NCBI GenBank assembly: GCA_019058245.1
Contig: JAHPZJ010000014.1
Span: forward strand, 1-64,000
Length of the DNA: 64,000 nt
Source of the DNA: Promethearchaeota archaeon
GTDB taxonomy: Archaea; Asgardarchaeota; Lokiarchaeia; Sigyniarchaeales; SOKP01
Direction of reading: 5' to 3'
Part shown: positions 10,031 through 18,734 of the stretch, piece after piece
Position numbering within the stretch: the stretch's first letter is position 1
How the letters are laid out: every line of letters starts with the position of its first letter
Notes under the pieces: model-generated
The model's database searches: none
What the model saw: only the letters and a program-made list of their open reading frames with translations
Told to the model about the DNA's origin: nothing
Position numbers and translations under genes: made by a program

Positions 10031-10802
10031 ACTTTTTTAACCAATTCAACGTTGAATATTTTGTGAGCACTAATTCTTCAGCTAACTTTATTTCTTCTTC
10101 TATAAAAGAACCTTCCTTACAATTGATTTTTAATGCATTCTCGAACCCTTTTTTTAATGAACCAAGTAATTTTCCTTCATCATAATTTTCTAGATTCTTC
10201 TTTATTCCTATACATTTTGCTCGAACTGATCTGACCATCCTAGATTTAGTTACATTTTTTGGAGTTTTTAGCACAGAATACATTAATTCAGGGTCAATGT
10301 CTAATAAAATTGTACCATGTTGAAGGATATATCCTTTTCTTCTTACTTGTGCATTCCCGGAAAATTTTTTTCCATCCAAAAGAATAGCAGGGCAATGGAT
10401 AATATCCTTTTCTGGTTTTAATCCAAAATAAGATACACCTGCAATTATTCCCAAGGTAATAATCTCAAACTGGTCTATTACCTTATTAGCACCTAATTTC
10501 TTAAGAAATTTAATAGGACATATAATTGAATAAGTTATTTCTCTGAATTCATCATGGAACACAGCTCCACCTCCAGTAATTCGCCTTACAACATTAAATC
10601 CTTTTTCTTTAGCAAATTGAACATTAATCTCATCTGTTAAACTTTGATTTCTACCGATACTTGCCGTTGAAGGTTTCCATTTATAAAATCTTAAGGTATT
10701 TGGAGATTTCTTTTCTATTGCTGCTTTTAAAATAGCTTCATCTAAAGCCATATTCCAAAAACCATTATTAACTGTTAGTGGTATAAATCTCCAAGCACTC
10801 AT
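10023..10802 (-). CDS. lplA: lipoate/octanoate-protein ligase catalytic domain (LplA-N/LipM-like)
   Basis: NMALDEA, SIGRNQ, VVRRITGGGAVFHD, GKKFSGNAQ, LQHGTIL; no LplB domain. Confidence 0.9.
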   Translation of the reverse strand: MSAWRFIPLTVNNGFWNMALDEAILKAAIEKKSPNTLRFYKWKPSTASIGRNQSLTDEINVQFAKEKGFNVVRRITGGGAVFHDEFREITYSIICPIKFLKKLGANKVIDQFEIITLGIIAGVSYFGLKPEKDIIHCPAILLDGKKFSGNAQVRRKGYILQHGTILLDIDPELMYSVLKTPKNVTKSRMVRSVRAKCIGIKKNLENYDEGKLLGSLKKGFENALKINCKEGSFIEEEIKLAEELVLTKYSTLNWLKKYD

Positions 10803-10815
10803 TTTTACTATTAAA

Positions 10816-11820
10816 TTATCTATTTACGAATTTATTTAACAATTCATATATCTCCTTTTTTTCTTTATCTGTAAGCGATCTAGGGAAATTATAAATTGGA
10901 CCTGATGGTTTTGAAGTATAAAAAGGACGATTACATCCAGGACATCCAGAAGTTAAGAAACAATCGGTCTCATTAACGAGAATCTTTAGTTCTTTTTTAC
11001 TAATATTAATATTTATTATTTCTCCTCTTGTGTTAAATGTAAAGTCTTTTAATCTTTTCTCTTTATTATAGATGAGAAATCTTCCTAACTGCAATTTTCT
11101 ATAACTTATAATATCCGGTTGCTGCATATTTTCAAATCTAGTACCTTTTATTGGGGTGAAAGCAAATAATGATACAATAATACCCAAATTGGATAATGTT
11201 TCTGTAAGTTTAATTACTTGTTTTTCTGTCTCTTTTAATCCTATTATAATGTGAGTACTTACAAATCCAGGAGAAAAAATTTCTAGTGCTTCATTTAACT
11301 TCTGAATATGTTCTTCCCAATTATAAGGGCCTTCAACATTCTTTCCCTTAATCATGTCAAAAACTTCAGGAGCAGCCCCATCTAACGCGATTCCCACTCT
11401 TTGTACATCCCTAATTTTTAATTCTTTTAATTTTTCTTTTGACATGGGTGGAATTGCCACTGATATTGGGATATCGATATATTTTTTAATCTGAGTTATA
11501 ATCTCTATTAAATCATTAAAATTTTCTGGGTAATTAAGTGTTTGAATGCAAATCCGTTCAAATTTTTTTGAAGATGGTAAATATTTTAATTTTGTGAGAA
11601 AATCCTTAAATGAAAAAATTGGCCAGTTAACACGAGATAGCTTATCAACAGAACTTTTTGATGATCTTGCTTGAGGACAAAAACCACAATTTGCTATACA
11701 ATGCCCCTCCTTGAATGTCATAAGATAACATGTAGTTGGAGGATTTTTAAAATGAGGCAACAATCCTAATTCTAAAACAGAAGCACTTCCAACAGATAAT
11801 CTTATTTTTTCTATTGTCAC
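10816..11820 (-). CDS. lipS2: radical SAM lipoyl synthase subunit, LipS2-type
   Basis: CIANCGFC (CX3CX2C), LSRVNWP, C-terminal TSGCPGCNRP (TxGCPxCNRP). Confidence 0.82.
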   Translation of the reverse strand: MTIEKIRLSVGSASVLELGLLPHFKNPPTTCYLMTFKEGHCIANCGFCPQARSSKSSVDKLSRVNWPIFSFKDFLTKLKYLPSSKKFERICIQTLNYPENFNDLIEIITQIKKYIDIPISVAIPPMSKEKLKELKIRDVQRVGIALDGAAPEVFDMIKGKNVEGPYNWEEHIQKLNEALEIFSPGFVSTHIIIGLKETEKQVIKLTETLSNLGIIVSLFAFTPIKGTRFENMQQPDIISYRKLQLGRFLIYNKEKRLKDFTFNTRGEIININISKKELKILVNETDCFLTSGCPGCNRPFYTSKPSGPIYNFPRSLTDKEKKEIYELLNKFVNR

Positions 11821-12016
11821 TATTCTCCCTAGTAAATTGGTAAAATTAAGTTTTATTGCTCATTTGTATATTTTTTTATATAATATAATTAATAGATTTT
11901 TTAAGAAATAATTAGATATTCCAATTTTAAATTACTACATAAAAAATTTATTGAATCGAATACTAAAATATTAAATCTTGTTAATAACCACTAATTTATG
12001 ATAAGTGTTAGATTTT

Positions 12017-14806
12017 ATGGTTGAATATTTTCCTGAAAAAATAGAGAAAAAATGGCAACAAAAATGGGAAAAGGATAAAATCTTTGAAGTTAAAACCGAT
12101 TCAAAGAAGCCTAAATATTACGTTTTGGAGATGTATCCGTATCCTTCTGGAAAGCTCCATATAGGACACCTGAGAAACTACACTATAGGAGATTGTTATG
12201 CTAGATTTAAAAGGATGAATGGCTTTAATGTACTTTATCCCATGGGTTATGATTCATTTGGAATGCCGGCAGAAAATGCAGCAATAGATCATGGTGCTAA
12301 TCCAGAAGAATGGACTAATATGAATATAAAGAAAATGAAAAACCAGCAAAAAAGAATCGGACTTTCATACGATTGGACAAGAGAAGTATATAGCCATAAT
12401 CCTAACTATTATAAATGGGATCAATGGTTTTTCTTGAAAATGTTAGAAAAGGGATTAGCATATAAACAAGAAAGTTATGTTAATTGGTGTCCTAAATGTG
12501 CTACGGTTTTAGCAAATGAACAAGCTCAAGGAGGAAAATGCTGGAGATGTAATACAGTCGTTGACCAGAAGTTTTTAACCCAATGGTTTTTTAAGATAAG
12601 AGATTATGCCAATGAATTGCTCGAGGGTTTAAAGCTCGTTGATTGGCCTGAGAAAGTCAAAATAATGCAACAAAATTGGATTGGAAGATCAGAGGGTACA
12701 ATTATAAAATTCCCCATTACGGGAGAAGATAGAACTATAGATATCTTTACAACTAGACCTGACACATTATATGGTGTAACATTTATGGTTTTTGCTCCTG
12801 AGCATCCTTGGGTTCATGAATGGGTAATTGGAACTGAATATGAGGATGATTTTAATAAGTTATATAATGAAGTAATGCATCAAGATAAATTTGAACGAAC
12901 TGATATTGAAATAACCAAGAAAGGTATGTTTATTGGAAAAAGTGCCATAAATCCAATTAATAATAAAGAAATACCTATTTTCATAGGTAACTTCGTAATT
13001 TATGAGTACGGAGCTGGTGCTGTCATGGCAGTACCTGCACATGATCAAAGAGATTTTGAATTCGCCAAAGAATATAACATTCCAATTAAGATTGTAATTC
13101 AACCACATAACTATGAATTGAATGTAGCAAAAATGACTCGTGCTTACGAAAGTGATGGGATCTTAGTAAACTCGGAAGAATTTAATGGTCTCGAGAATAA
13201 ATCCGCTAATTTTAAAATAACTGAAAAATTAACTGAAATTGAAAAGGGATATGCCACTATAAATTACAAATTAAGAGATTGGGGAATTTCACGTCAACGT
13301 TATTGGGGATGCCCAATACCTGTAATATACTGTGATAAATGTGGTATGCTACCCGTACCATATGAAGATTTACCTGTTTATTTACCAAAAGATGTGACTT
13401 TTACTGGAGTAGGTAATCCATTAAAAACAAGTGAAAGTTTTGTTAATACAAAATGTCCTAATTGTGGCAATAATGCTAAACGTGAGACAGATACAATGGA
13501 TACTTTTATTGATAGTTCTTGGTATTTCTTTGCTTTTTGTGATCCTCCCTCTGTAGAAGCAGATCTACCATATAGCAAGAAAATTGTAAATTATTGGGGG
13601 AACGTTGATCTTTATATAGGGGGTATCGAGCATGCAATACTTCATTTGATCTACGCGAGATTTTTTACAAAAGTAGCTAGGGATTTAGAACTCCATAAAT
13701 TTAACGAGCCCTTCCAGAAGTTATTAACTCAAGGAATGATCAATAAAGCACAACCATATTGCCCGAATTGTAATACCTTTCTTATGAAAGCCGAGTTAAA
13801 AGAAATGAAATGTAGAAAATGTGGCAATACCGATCTTATCCAAAAATCTGTAAAAATGAGTAAAAGTTATGGAAATACTGTTGATCCTGGAGAAATTATT
13901 GAGAAGTACGGAGCAGATGCAGCAAGATTCTTTATATTATTTGGAGCAAGCCCATCATCAGGATTAGAATGGTCTGAAGAAGGTGTTGATTATGCTTATA
14001 GATTTATTAGAAATACATTTAATTTGTTAATTGAATCTCCAAAAAAAAAACGTACAAATCCAACAATAAGAGATACTTTAATTCAATATTATCTAAATAA
14101 AACAATAAAAGAATTTACTGAGAACATGGAGAATCTTTCAATTAGAAATGCGGTAAATGATATAATACAATTTGTATCAGAGTTTGGGAAATACATAAAT
14201 GAAGGAATAGTCAAAGAAGTTTTTGATGAATGTAGAGAAAAAATAATCCTATTGTTCCACCCTATAGCACCCCACATGACAGAAGAAATTTGGGAACTGA
14301 TTGGTAATAAGGATTATGTAAGCTTAACTTCATGGCCTTCTTACACTAATGAATTAATTACACAGGAGGCTGATTATAAATGGAATCTGATGAATAATAT
14401 TTTGGACGATATTAGTAAAATAAAAAATGCTACAAAAAAAGAATCTTTACAAAAAATCTCTATAATAATAGCAGATCAGTGGAAATTGGATTTTTATTCA
14501 AAATTTATGAATATATTAGATGAAACAAAGAATCAGGGAGAAATAATGAAAAGACTTATGAAGGAGAGTGAGTTTAAAAAACATGGAAAAATCATAAGCC
14601 AAAGTGTTAATAGGATACTTAAAAATATAGGAAAGTACCCAAAATCAACTCTTAATTTGAATGAAGAGTTTCAATTTTTTGATGAAATAAAGCCCGTTTT
14701 AGAGAAAAAATTTGATTCTAAAATAGAGATAATATACGAAAAGGACTCCAATGAACAAAAAGCTGCTAACGCGCTTCCTGGTAAACCAGCAATCGTTGTT
14801 TTTTAA
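12017..14806 (+). CDS. leuS: leucyl-tRNA synthetase (bacterial-type core, archaeal-type C-terminal domain)
   Basis: MYPYPSGKLHIGH, FTTRPDT, GAVMAVPAHDQRD, DWGISRQRYWG, RETDTMDTF, KMSKS; ends ALPGKPAI. ATG 12017 preferred over GTG 12005. Confidence 0.95.
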   Translation: MVEYFPEKIEKKWQQKWEKDKIFEVKTDSKKPKYYVLEMYPYPSGKLHIGHLRNYTIGDCYARFKRMNGFNVLYPMGYDSFGMPAENAAIDHGANPEEWTNMNIKKMKNQQKRIGLSYDWTREVYSHNPNYYKWDQWFFLKMLEKGLAYKQESYVNWCPKCATVLANEQAQGGKCWRCNTVVDQKFLTQWFFKIRDYANELLEGLKLVDWPEKVKIMQQNWIGRSEGTIIKFPITGEDRTIDIFTTRPDTLYGVTFMVFAPEHPWVHEWVIGTEYEDDFNKLYNEVMHQDKFERTDIEITKKGMFIGKSAINPINNKEIPIFIGNFVIYEYGAGAVMAVPAHDQRDFEFAKEYNIPIKIVIQPHNYELNVAKMTRAYESDGILVNSEEFNGLENKSANFKITEKLTEIEKGYATINYKLRDWGISRQRYWGCPIPVIYCDKCGMLPVPYEDLPVYLPKDVTFTGVGNPLKTSESFVNTKCPNCGNNAKRETDTMDTFIDSSWYFFAFCDPPSVEADLPYSKKIVNYWGNVDLYIGGIEHAILHLIYARFFTKVARDLELHKFNEPFQKLLTQGMINKAQPYCPNCNTFLMKAELKEMKCRKCGNTDLIQKSVKMSKSYGNTVDPGEIIEKYGADAARFFILFGASPSSGLEWSEEGVDYAYRFIRNTFNLLIESPKKKRTNPTIRDTLIQYYLNKTIKEFTENMENLSIRNAVNDIIQFVSEFGKYINEGIVKEVFDECREKIILLFHPIAPHMTEEIWELIGNKDYVSLTSWPSYTNELITQEADYKWNLMNNILDDISKIKNATKKESLQKISIIIADQWKLDFYSKFMNILDETKNQGEIMKRLMKESEFKKHGKIISQSVNRILKNIGKYPKSTLNLNEEFQFFDEIKPVLEKKFDSKIEIIYEKDSNEQKAANALPGKPAIVVF

Positions 14807-14971
14807 ATAGGTTTATTGAAGTTATGTTCATTAATTATTTAATGGACTAAATTTCCCTGTGATTTTATTAATTTAAGATTAAATATATTATTATACATTT
14901 AAAGATATTAAAATTTGTTAAAAAAAGAATTGGATTAATTATAATAAGAAGGAAGAATATTATTAAAATAG

Positions 14972-15841
14972 ATGACAATCTACGTACTTAGTATTATATC
15001 CACTACTGGATTTCCTTATTTCAATATAATAGTTGGAACTGTGCCAGAAGGAGTAAAAATCTTTCTTAGATTTTTTGATTTTTCTAAAAGTATATCTTTT
15101 AATCAAGATCAATTAGATTTGGATTCAAAATTCGATCTTACTGCTGGTTTAATCTCAGCACTTTTTGAATTTGCTCGAAATATTGATAAGAAAATAGAAG
15201 TACTTGAATTTAAGCCTAAAAAACAAAAAGATACAATTGAAAATGAAAATGCAAATAGTAAAAATCAAGGAGATGTGTTAATCACAACCCAAACAGAATC
15301 CTTCCTTCTACATAGATCAGTTAGAGAAAAAATTAAACTAATTTATAACAACTTTATTTATTCGAAAATTCCTCTTGATTCTGCTAACAATGTTTATGAA
15401 AATGAAAAAAAAAAAATTATTGATATTCTAACAGATTCTAAGGCTAGAAGAAAAATCTCTGAATCTCATAATGAATTAAAAAACAGAGCAAATAAATTTT
15501 TGAATGAAATGAAAGATTATGGTTTATGGGGTATTTGTATAACATCTTTTGATCTATCACCAATAGTCAGTTTTGGGAAGAAATTCTCATTAGACAATGT
15601 ATACGATATTTTAAGGCATATTGGATATATACCAGAGATCATTCCATTGGAATGGATATACAGGCAATCTTTTATTTCTGATGAACCAATTCAGGTATGC
15701 ATTATCAAATCAGATATCGGACCTACAATTGAGAATGTTTTATTTGAACCATTCTTTTATTTGCTTTTTGCAGATCCTCAGAGTTATTTTGGTGAGTTTC
15801 CAGCAAAACTAACTTCCGCTTTTAATAATATTCTTGGTTAA
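14972..15841 (+). CDS. putative longin-like protein with a second roadblock/profilin-like domain
   Basis: N-terminal YVLSIISTTGFPYF and LTAGLISALFEFARNI resemble the longin beta1-beta2-alpha1 pattern; second half has LWGICITSFDLSPIVSF. Confidence 0.5.
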   Translation: MTIYVLSIISTTGFPYFNIIVGTVPEGVKIFLRFFDFSKSISFNQDQLDLDSKFDLTAGLISALFEFARNIDKKIEVLEFKPKKQKDTIENENANSKNQGDVLITTQTESFLLHRSVREKIKLIYNNFIYSKIPLDSANNVYENEKKKIIDILTDSKARRKISESHNELKNRANKFLNEMKDYGLWGICITSFDLSPIVSFGKKFSLDNVYDILRHIGYIPEIIPLEWIYRQSFISDEPIQVCIIKSDIGPTIENVLFEPFFYLLFADPQSYFGEFPAKLTSAFNNILG

Positions 15842-15901
15842 AAAAACATAAAAATTGATGATAATTTTAAGAAAATATGATAAATAAATCATAATTTTTA
15901 A

Positions 15902-16678
15902 TTATCCTGTTTTAATAGATTTATCAGCAGCTTTTATTATATGAGTTAATGAATCTGATTCTAGGGAGGCACCCCCAACTAATCCTCCATCGATATTTTC
16001 TTTATTGAATAAATCTTCAGCATTATTAGGTTTTATAGAGCCGCCATATTGTATTCTTATCAAGTCTGCAGTCTCTTCATCAAATTTTTTACTTAAAAGG
16101 CTCCGAATAAAAATATGTATTTCTTCTGCTTGTTCTGGAGTAGCTGTTTTTCCTGTTCCTATTGCCCATATAGGTTCATATGCTATGATTATTTTTATCA
16201 TTGCCTCTTTAGAAATGTCTTTAAATGTTTCATTAATCTGATGTTCAATTATTTCCTTTGTTTTTCCCATTTCTCTTTCTTCTAAGTGTTCTCCAATGCA
16301 AACAATCGGTTTTAAATCAGTCGATAATGCCTTCTTAAGTTTTTTATTGATTAAGGCATCTGTTTCTTTAAATATATCTCTTCTTTCACTATGACCAAGA
16401 ATAATATACTCAACTCCAATTTCTTTTAAAAATTCAGGTGAAATTTCACCTGTAAATGCCCCCTTATCTTCAAAATACATGTTTTGAGCCCCTAACTTGA
16501 TATTGGTATTTTTTAAAATCTCATATGCGGTAATTAGAGCTGTAAAAGGAGCAGCTATTACTATATCTACAGTATCAATTCCCACTACTAGTGGAATGAA
16601 TTTTTCCAACATTTCTTTTGTTTCAATAGGAGTTCCTCTATTCATTTTCCAATTTCCCCCAATTATAGGTTTTCTCAA
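15902..16678 (-). CDS. tpiA: triosephosphate isomerase, bacterial/eukaryotic long type
   Basis: IIGGNWKMN, GAFTGEIS, GHSERR, AYEPIWAIGTG, YGGSIKP, GGLVGGASL. Confidence 0.97.
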   Translation of the reverse strand: MRKPIIGGNWKMNRGTPIETKEMLEKFIPLVVGIDTVDIVIAAPFTALITAYEILKNTNIKLGAQNMYFEDKGAFTGEISPEFLKEIGVEYIILGHSERRDIFKETDALINKKLKKALSTDLKPIVCIGEHLEEREMGKTKEIIEHQINETFKDISKEAMIKIIIAYEPIWAIGTGKTATPEQAEEIHIFIRSLLSKKFDEETADLIRIQYGGSIKPNNAEDLFNKENIDGGLVGGASLESDSLTHIIKAADKSIKTG

Positions 16679-16811
16679 CTTTTTTTGCCTCTAAAATTAT
16701 GTAAATTTAAAACCATTAAATTTAGGCTATAATTCAATTATAGAATAAATCTATAAAATACTACCGAAAAATTATTTGTAAAATTTTATAGTAAAAATAA
16801 AGAAGAAAGAA

Positions 16812-17315
16812 TTAATCTGTTTTAGGAAGTTTTCCTGATAATTTTGTTGCTTCAAGTAATTTTTTTACTTCATTTACATCGGGATTCATAATTGCGGGTA
16901 ATCCTAATTGTGTACGGCGTCTCTCTATAGCGGGTTGCATAGGAATGGCTTTACCATGTTCCAAAACAGTTGAGGCTTGACCTGTGTAATGCGTTGGGGC
17001 TTCTCCGCGCTCCACACTCATATTCTTTAGAATTACGAAGATCTCTGTTAGTTCAACCTTTTGAGGACAAACTTCGTCACAAGTATCACACATTGTACAT
17101 CCCCAAATATTAAAAGCATTTTCTAGACCAAAGATCTTTTCTTTTAATCCCAATAAAGCATCAAGTATTAGTCTTCTTGGATTATATCTGCCTTCAGTAA
17201 CTTGTGCTACTGGACATGCACCGCTGCAAGTAGCGCACTGATAACAATATGCTAGTGTATTACCAATATCATTACCAAGAATTTGATTTCTGAAATTAAA
17301 ATCTATAGTTGCCAT
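16812..17315 (-). CDS. hdrC: heterodisulfide reductase subunit C-like 2x[4Fe-4S] protein
   Basis: CYQCATCSGACP, YNPRRLI, IWGCTMCDTCDEVCPQ, RRTQLGLP. Confidence 0.85.
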   Translation of the reverse strand: MATIDFNFRNQILGNDIGNTLAYCYQCATCSGACPVAQVTEGRYNPRRLILDALLGLKEKIFGLENAFNIWGCTMCDTCDEVCPQKVELTEIFVILKNMSVERGEAPTHYTGQASTVLEHGKAIPMQPAIERRRTQLGLPAIMNPDVNEVKKLLEATKLSGKLPKTD

Positions 17316-17555
17316 ATAATATGATCCTTTTGTATTAATATTATATAGTATAACTTATTGTCAATTTTAAAATTAATTCTTTTAAAAACAAGTTTTAAAT
17401 TTGGTGATTTTAGATGTATTTTTTATAGTAATTAATTTTTCGGTTTCATCCTATTTTAAAATGTAAATGAAATCAATAAAAGTAATTGAATATTTATACT
17501 CTCAATAATATTTTAAAATAATTTTAACTACAAATTATTTAAAAATTGAGATGAC

Positions 17556-17912
17556 ATGATAAAAATAGAGGAACTAAAAGAATTAGGGATCGAAATTACA
17601 GAGGATATGAAGCAAGGAAAAGTTATTATCGATGTGTATACTACATGGTGTGGTCCATGTCGTTTTTTAAGTCCATTATTAGAAAAACTGCAACAGGAAG
17701 GACTAATAAAATTAATAAAAGAAGATCTTGATAAGAACAGACCCCTTGGAGAAAAATTTGGAGTTACTGCAATACCTACACTCCTCCTATTTAATAATGG
17801 TGAACTCTTGAATCATTCCATAGAAGTCCAAGGGCAATTACTTGTAAGAAATGGAATTATGGTAGGTGCTGCAGGAGAACAAGTGCTTAGAGAAGTAATT
17901 GAAAAAATGTAG
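17556..17912 (+). CDS. trxA: thioredoxin
   Basis: WCGPC active site, FGVTAIPTLLLF. Confidence 0.9.
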   Translation: MIKIEELKELGIEITEDMKQGKVIIDVYTTWCGPCRFLSPLLEKLQQEGLIKLIKEDLDKNRPLGEKFGVTAIPTLLLFNNGELLNHSIEVQGQLLVRNGIMVGAAGEQVLREVIEKM

Positions 17913-18219
17913 TAAATAGCTTTATATTTAATACCTTTTCATAAAAAAAAATTTCCTTTTTCGTATAAATTTTGAAATATTAAATAATTCTTATAAAATA
18001 CTTTCAGATTTCTTAGATATTAATCTGACTTAGAATAATTATAATACTATTGGAAATTATCCTAATCAAGTAAAAAAATAAAAATCATATAAATTAAATG
18101 ATTTTCATAATTTAGAAATAATTTAGAAATCATACAAATAATCTATTAATCAGATTAAAAATTTTTTATTTAATGTATTTTTTCAATATTTAATTTATAT
18201 AAGTGATCTAAATAGAACA

Positions 18220-18732
18220 ATGAATTATTCTAGGAAAGATTTAGTTCAAACAGATGCAACTATGAATCAAATGCGAAATAGCATTCATATTCTAGCCAGC
18301 TTTATGAAGAACAACAGAGTTCTAAATCTGAAAGAAAAATTAAGAAATATGGGACAAAGTATCGCTAAAACATATATTCGATATTGGAAACCTACAGAAT
18401 CAGTTAATATTTCTAATTTGAAAGACGTAATGGCTACTATTTATCTGAAAGTGTTTAACAGTACTATTTCAATTGAAATAAATGATGACGAAAATTTAAT
18501 TGAAGTTCATGATCAAAGATGTGCTTTATGTAAATACCATTATGAAGATGTTGAAATCGCTGGTTGTGAAATAATATTAGGAATGGTCTCTGAAATAATT
18601 TCTCTAATCAATAAGGAATCTAATAATCCATCTTCTCTAATAATAGAACCATATAAAATAATAGAATCTCGAGCTATTGGAAATAAAAAGTGTATTCAAT
18701 TGTATAAATATAAATCTAGGAGGATTTCTTAA
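18220..18732 (+). CDS. V4R / Bet3 (TRAPP)-fold protein
   Basis: KLRNMGQSIA helix, IYLKVFN, CALC...GCEIILGMV...ESRAIGNKKC (V4R-type Cys set). Confidence 0.7.
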   Translation: MNYSRKDLVQTDATMNQMRNSIHILASFMKNNRVLNLKEKLRNMGQSIAKTYIRYWKPTESVNISNLKDVMATIYLKVFNSTISIEINDDENLIEVHDQRCALCKYHYEDVEIAGCEIILGMVSEIISLINKESNNPSSLIIEPYKIIESRAIGNKKCIQLYKYKSRRIS

Positions 18733-18734
18733 AA

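Noticed and set aside
8975-11820. Calling the two radical SAM genes biotin synthase
   Set aside because: GCMR/CC and TxGCPxCNRP motifs plus the intervening lipoate ligase fit LipS1/LipS2 better.
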